DNA of 64,000 nt from Felis catus. Its lineage: Eukaryota. The notes beneath the pieces were generated by a model that saw only the letters and a list, made by a program, of their open reading frames with translations, ran no database searches and was not told the origin of the DNA. Below, piece by piece: positions 63,800 to 64,000 of the stretch. The stretch covers positions 201,564,001 through 201,628,000 of the forward strand of contig NC_058368.1 in the NCBI RefSeq assembly GCF_018350175.1. The letters are read 5' to 3'. Position 1 is the stretch's first letter, and the number at the start of each line of letters is the position of its first letter. Position numbers and translations under genes: made by a program.

Positions 63800-63935
63800 A
63801 GTGACTGTTTAAGATGGACATTTGAATCCCCATTTCCTAAGATGAGAAAAAGAAGCTGAGAGCAAGCCACGGAAACTTGCCCAGAGTCCCAGAGTTACTA
63901 GGAGTCGGAGCCAGGATTAAATCCTTCCACCGTAC
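63800..63935 (-). mobile_element. MIR fragment
   Basis: 'ccccattttcctaagatgagaaaa...aacttgcccagagtcccagag...gagccaggattaaa'. Confidence 0.75.
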
Positions 63936-64000
63936 CTCCCTGCAAAAAAGTATTACTATAAGGGCCTTGAAACCAGAAATGGTATCTAATGCCTGAAATT

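Noticed and set aside
1..64000. CRISPR arrays, operons, prokaryotic or viral systems, numts
   Set aside because: The sequence is mammalian nuclear DNA; I saw no repeat-spacer arrays, retroviral gag/pol/env remnants or mitochondrial-like segments.

Overview
Non-coding mammalian genomic DNA from a carnivore, most likely a felid: it carries about 17 tRNA-derived Can-SINEs, including near-consensus SINEC_Fc-type copies with perfect target-site duplications (TSDs). About 1-47 kb and 57-64 kb are AT-rich intronic or intergenic sequence with old eutherian repeats (MIR, L2, MLT1/MLT2, an ERVL-type solo LTR, MER5/MER20/MER33/MER119, a Tigger2-type MITE, an L1M fragment), plus several repeat-free blocks that look like conserved enhancers (~12.3-13.4, ~19.3-19.95 and ~39.4-39.95 kb). 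About 47.6-56.4 kb is almost free of transposons and contains three CpG-rich islands, several splice donors on both strands, a GA-rich tract, octamer/SOX and CTCF-like motifs and many (CA)n tracts. This is the layout of a complex promoter or non-coding 5' region of a large developmental or neural gene, which I could not name. No ORF in the track is supported as protein-coding. The best directly visible curiosities are a ~30-nt tailless U6 retrocopy with a 12-bp TSD, an L1 3' end nested inside a Can-SINE with both TSD pairs readable, and a (GC)9(AC)10(GC)8 Z-DNA/hairpin tract inside a MER5 element. I found no convincing previously undescribed biological system. Repeat subfamily names come from my memory of consensus sequences and should be checked with RepeatMasker or Dfam.
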